Assembly (NCBI GenBank): GCA_964016885.1
Contig: OZ024743.1
Location: forward strand, 192,262,001 to 192,326,000
Reading direction: 5' to 3'
DNA length: 64,000 nt
Source: Eledone cirrhosa
Taxonomy: Eukaryota
Made by a program: the position numbers and the translations under genes. Of the stretch, positions 62,930 to 64,000 are shown piece after piece; the first letter of the stretch is position 1; every line of letters begins with the position of its first letter. The notes under the pieces are model-generated. The model made no database searches. It was not told where the DNA came from and saw only the letters and a list, made by a program, of their open reading frames with translations.

Positions 62930-64000
62930 AATGTTACTTCTGTTTTACATGGAAAAAAGTGGTTCGAAATGCTAGATTTTTAGAAAAGTAATTTGGTTGG
63001 TTGATGACTGTCATGTGAATAAGTATAATAAATTTCGCGCCCCAGTTCATGTTACAAAGTTCTTATTATATTTGCCTTCAAAAAAAAAGGGGGGGGGGGG
63101 GGGGCTCAGATTTTTTTTTCATATATGAGTGAAGTTTGGTTGGTTGATGCAGTTACGTGAATAAGCACATCAGCTTTCGTGCCAGTTTGTGTTTGAATTT
63201 CTTTTTACATAAAAAAGTGGCTCACAAAGGCTTTATTTATAAATGTAATTTGATTGGTTATAAATGAAATTATGACTGTCACGTGAACAAGTACATTAAA
63301 TTGCGCGCTGTATTTTGGAACTTTTTTGTAGCCATTTAGAGAATTGTGTGCCAAACAAAAGATAATGGTCAAGAACGGGATGGGGAGAATTGTTCTGGTT
63401 CAGGGATTATGGCTGATGTGCTGAAATGTAATTTGATTGGTTATAAATGAAATTATTACTGTCACGTGAATAAGTACATTAAATTTCGCGCCCGTATTTG
63501 GGAATTTCTTTTGTAGCCATTTAGAGAATTTTGTGCCAAACCAAAGATAATGGTCAAGAACGGGATGGGGAGAATTGTTCTGGTTCAGTGAGTATGGCGG
63601 ATGTGCTGGCGTGTCAAAATTCAGACTTTCTATTGAAATAAAGAAAGTAGAGATATGTATGTTTATTTGTGTGCTGGTGTGTAATTTCATTTATAACCAA
63701 TCAAATTACATTTATAAATAAAGCCTTCATGAGCCACTTTTTTTAAGTAAAAAGAAATTCAAACACAAACTGGCACGAAAGCTGACGTGACTGCATCAAC
63801 CAATCAAACTTCACTCATATATGAAAAATAAATCTGAGTCCCCCTTTTTTTGAAGGCAAATATAATAAGAACTTTGTAACGCGAACTGGCGCGAAATTTA
63901 TTATACTTATTCACATGACAGTCATCAACCAACCAAATTACTTTTCTAAAAATCTAGCATTTCGAGCCACTCTTTTCCATATAAAACAGAAGTAACATTC
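62930..64000. mobile_element. Large foldback element with modular TIRs, running off the window
   Basis: 62930-63272 is the reverse complement of ~63683-64000; internal tandem duplication 63241-63403 / 63424-63587. Confidence 0.85.

Overview
AT-rich eukaryotic genomic DNA, by inference from a cephalopod (Octopus-like: tRNA-derived SINEs, RTE and Dong/R4 LINEs, abundant (TA)n/(TAA)n/(GAT)n). Most of the window is nested, decayed transposable elements: RTE, Dong/R4, CRE and L1/Tx1 non-LTR retrotransposons, Penelope-like remnants, SINEs, non-autonomous LTR elements, a hAT transposase pseudogene, Helitrons and several MITE/foldback families. One host gene is supported: a Golgi carbohydrate sulfotransferase (Sulfotransfer_2/CHST-like) with a small transmembrane-coding exon (51242-51335) spliced in phase to a large catalytic exon (54913-56021), about 400 aa. 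The most notable observations are: (1) two Penelope-type hammerhead ribozyme cassettes, each capped by a perfect fold-back palindrome, inside a (TA)n tract at 62.0-62.7 kb; (2) a (TAA)n tract just upstream of the gene's splice acceptor that appears to have absorbed about 10 kb of Dong/Tx1/SINE insertions; (3) an LTR element with two different LTRs but an intact TSD; (4) non-coding elements built from 136-bp multimers of the RTE 3' end; (5) a PHD-type finger inside the RTE reverse transcriptase; (6) a twin-primed, 5'-inverted RTE insertion. Family names come from motif recognition only and no database search was run. Boundaries of decayed repeats are approximate.
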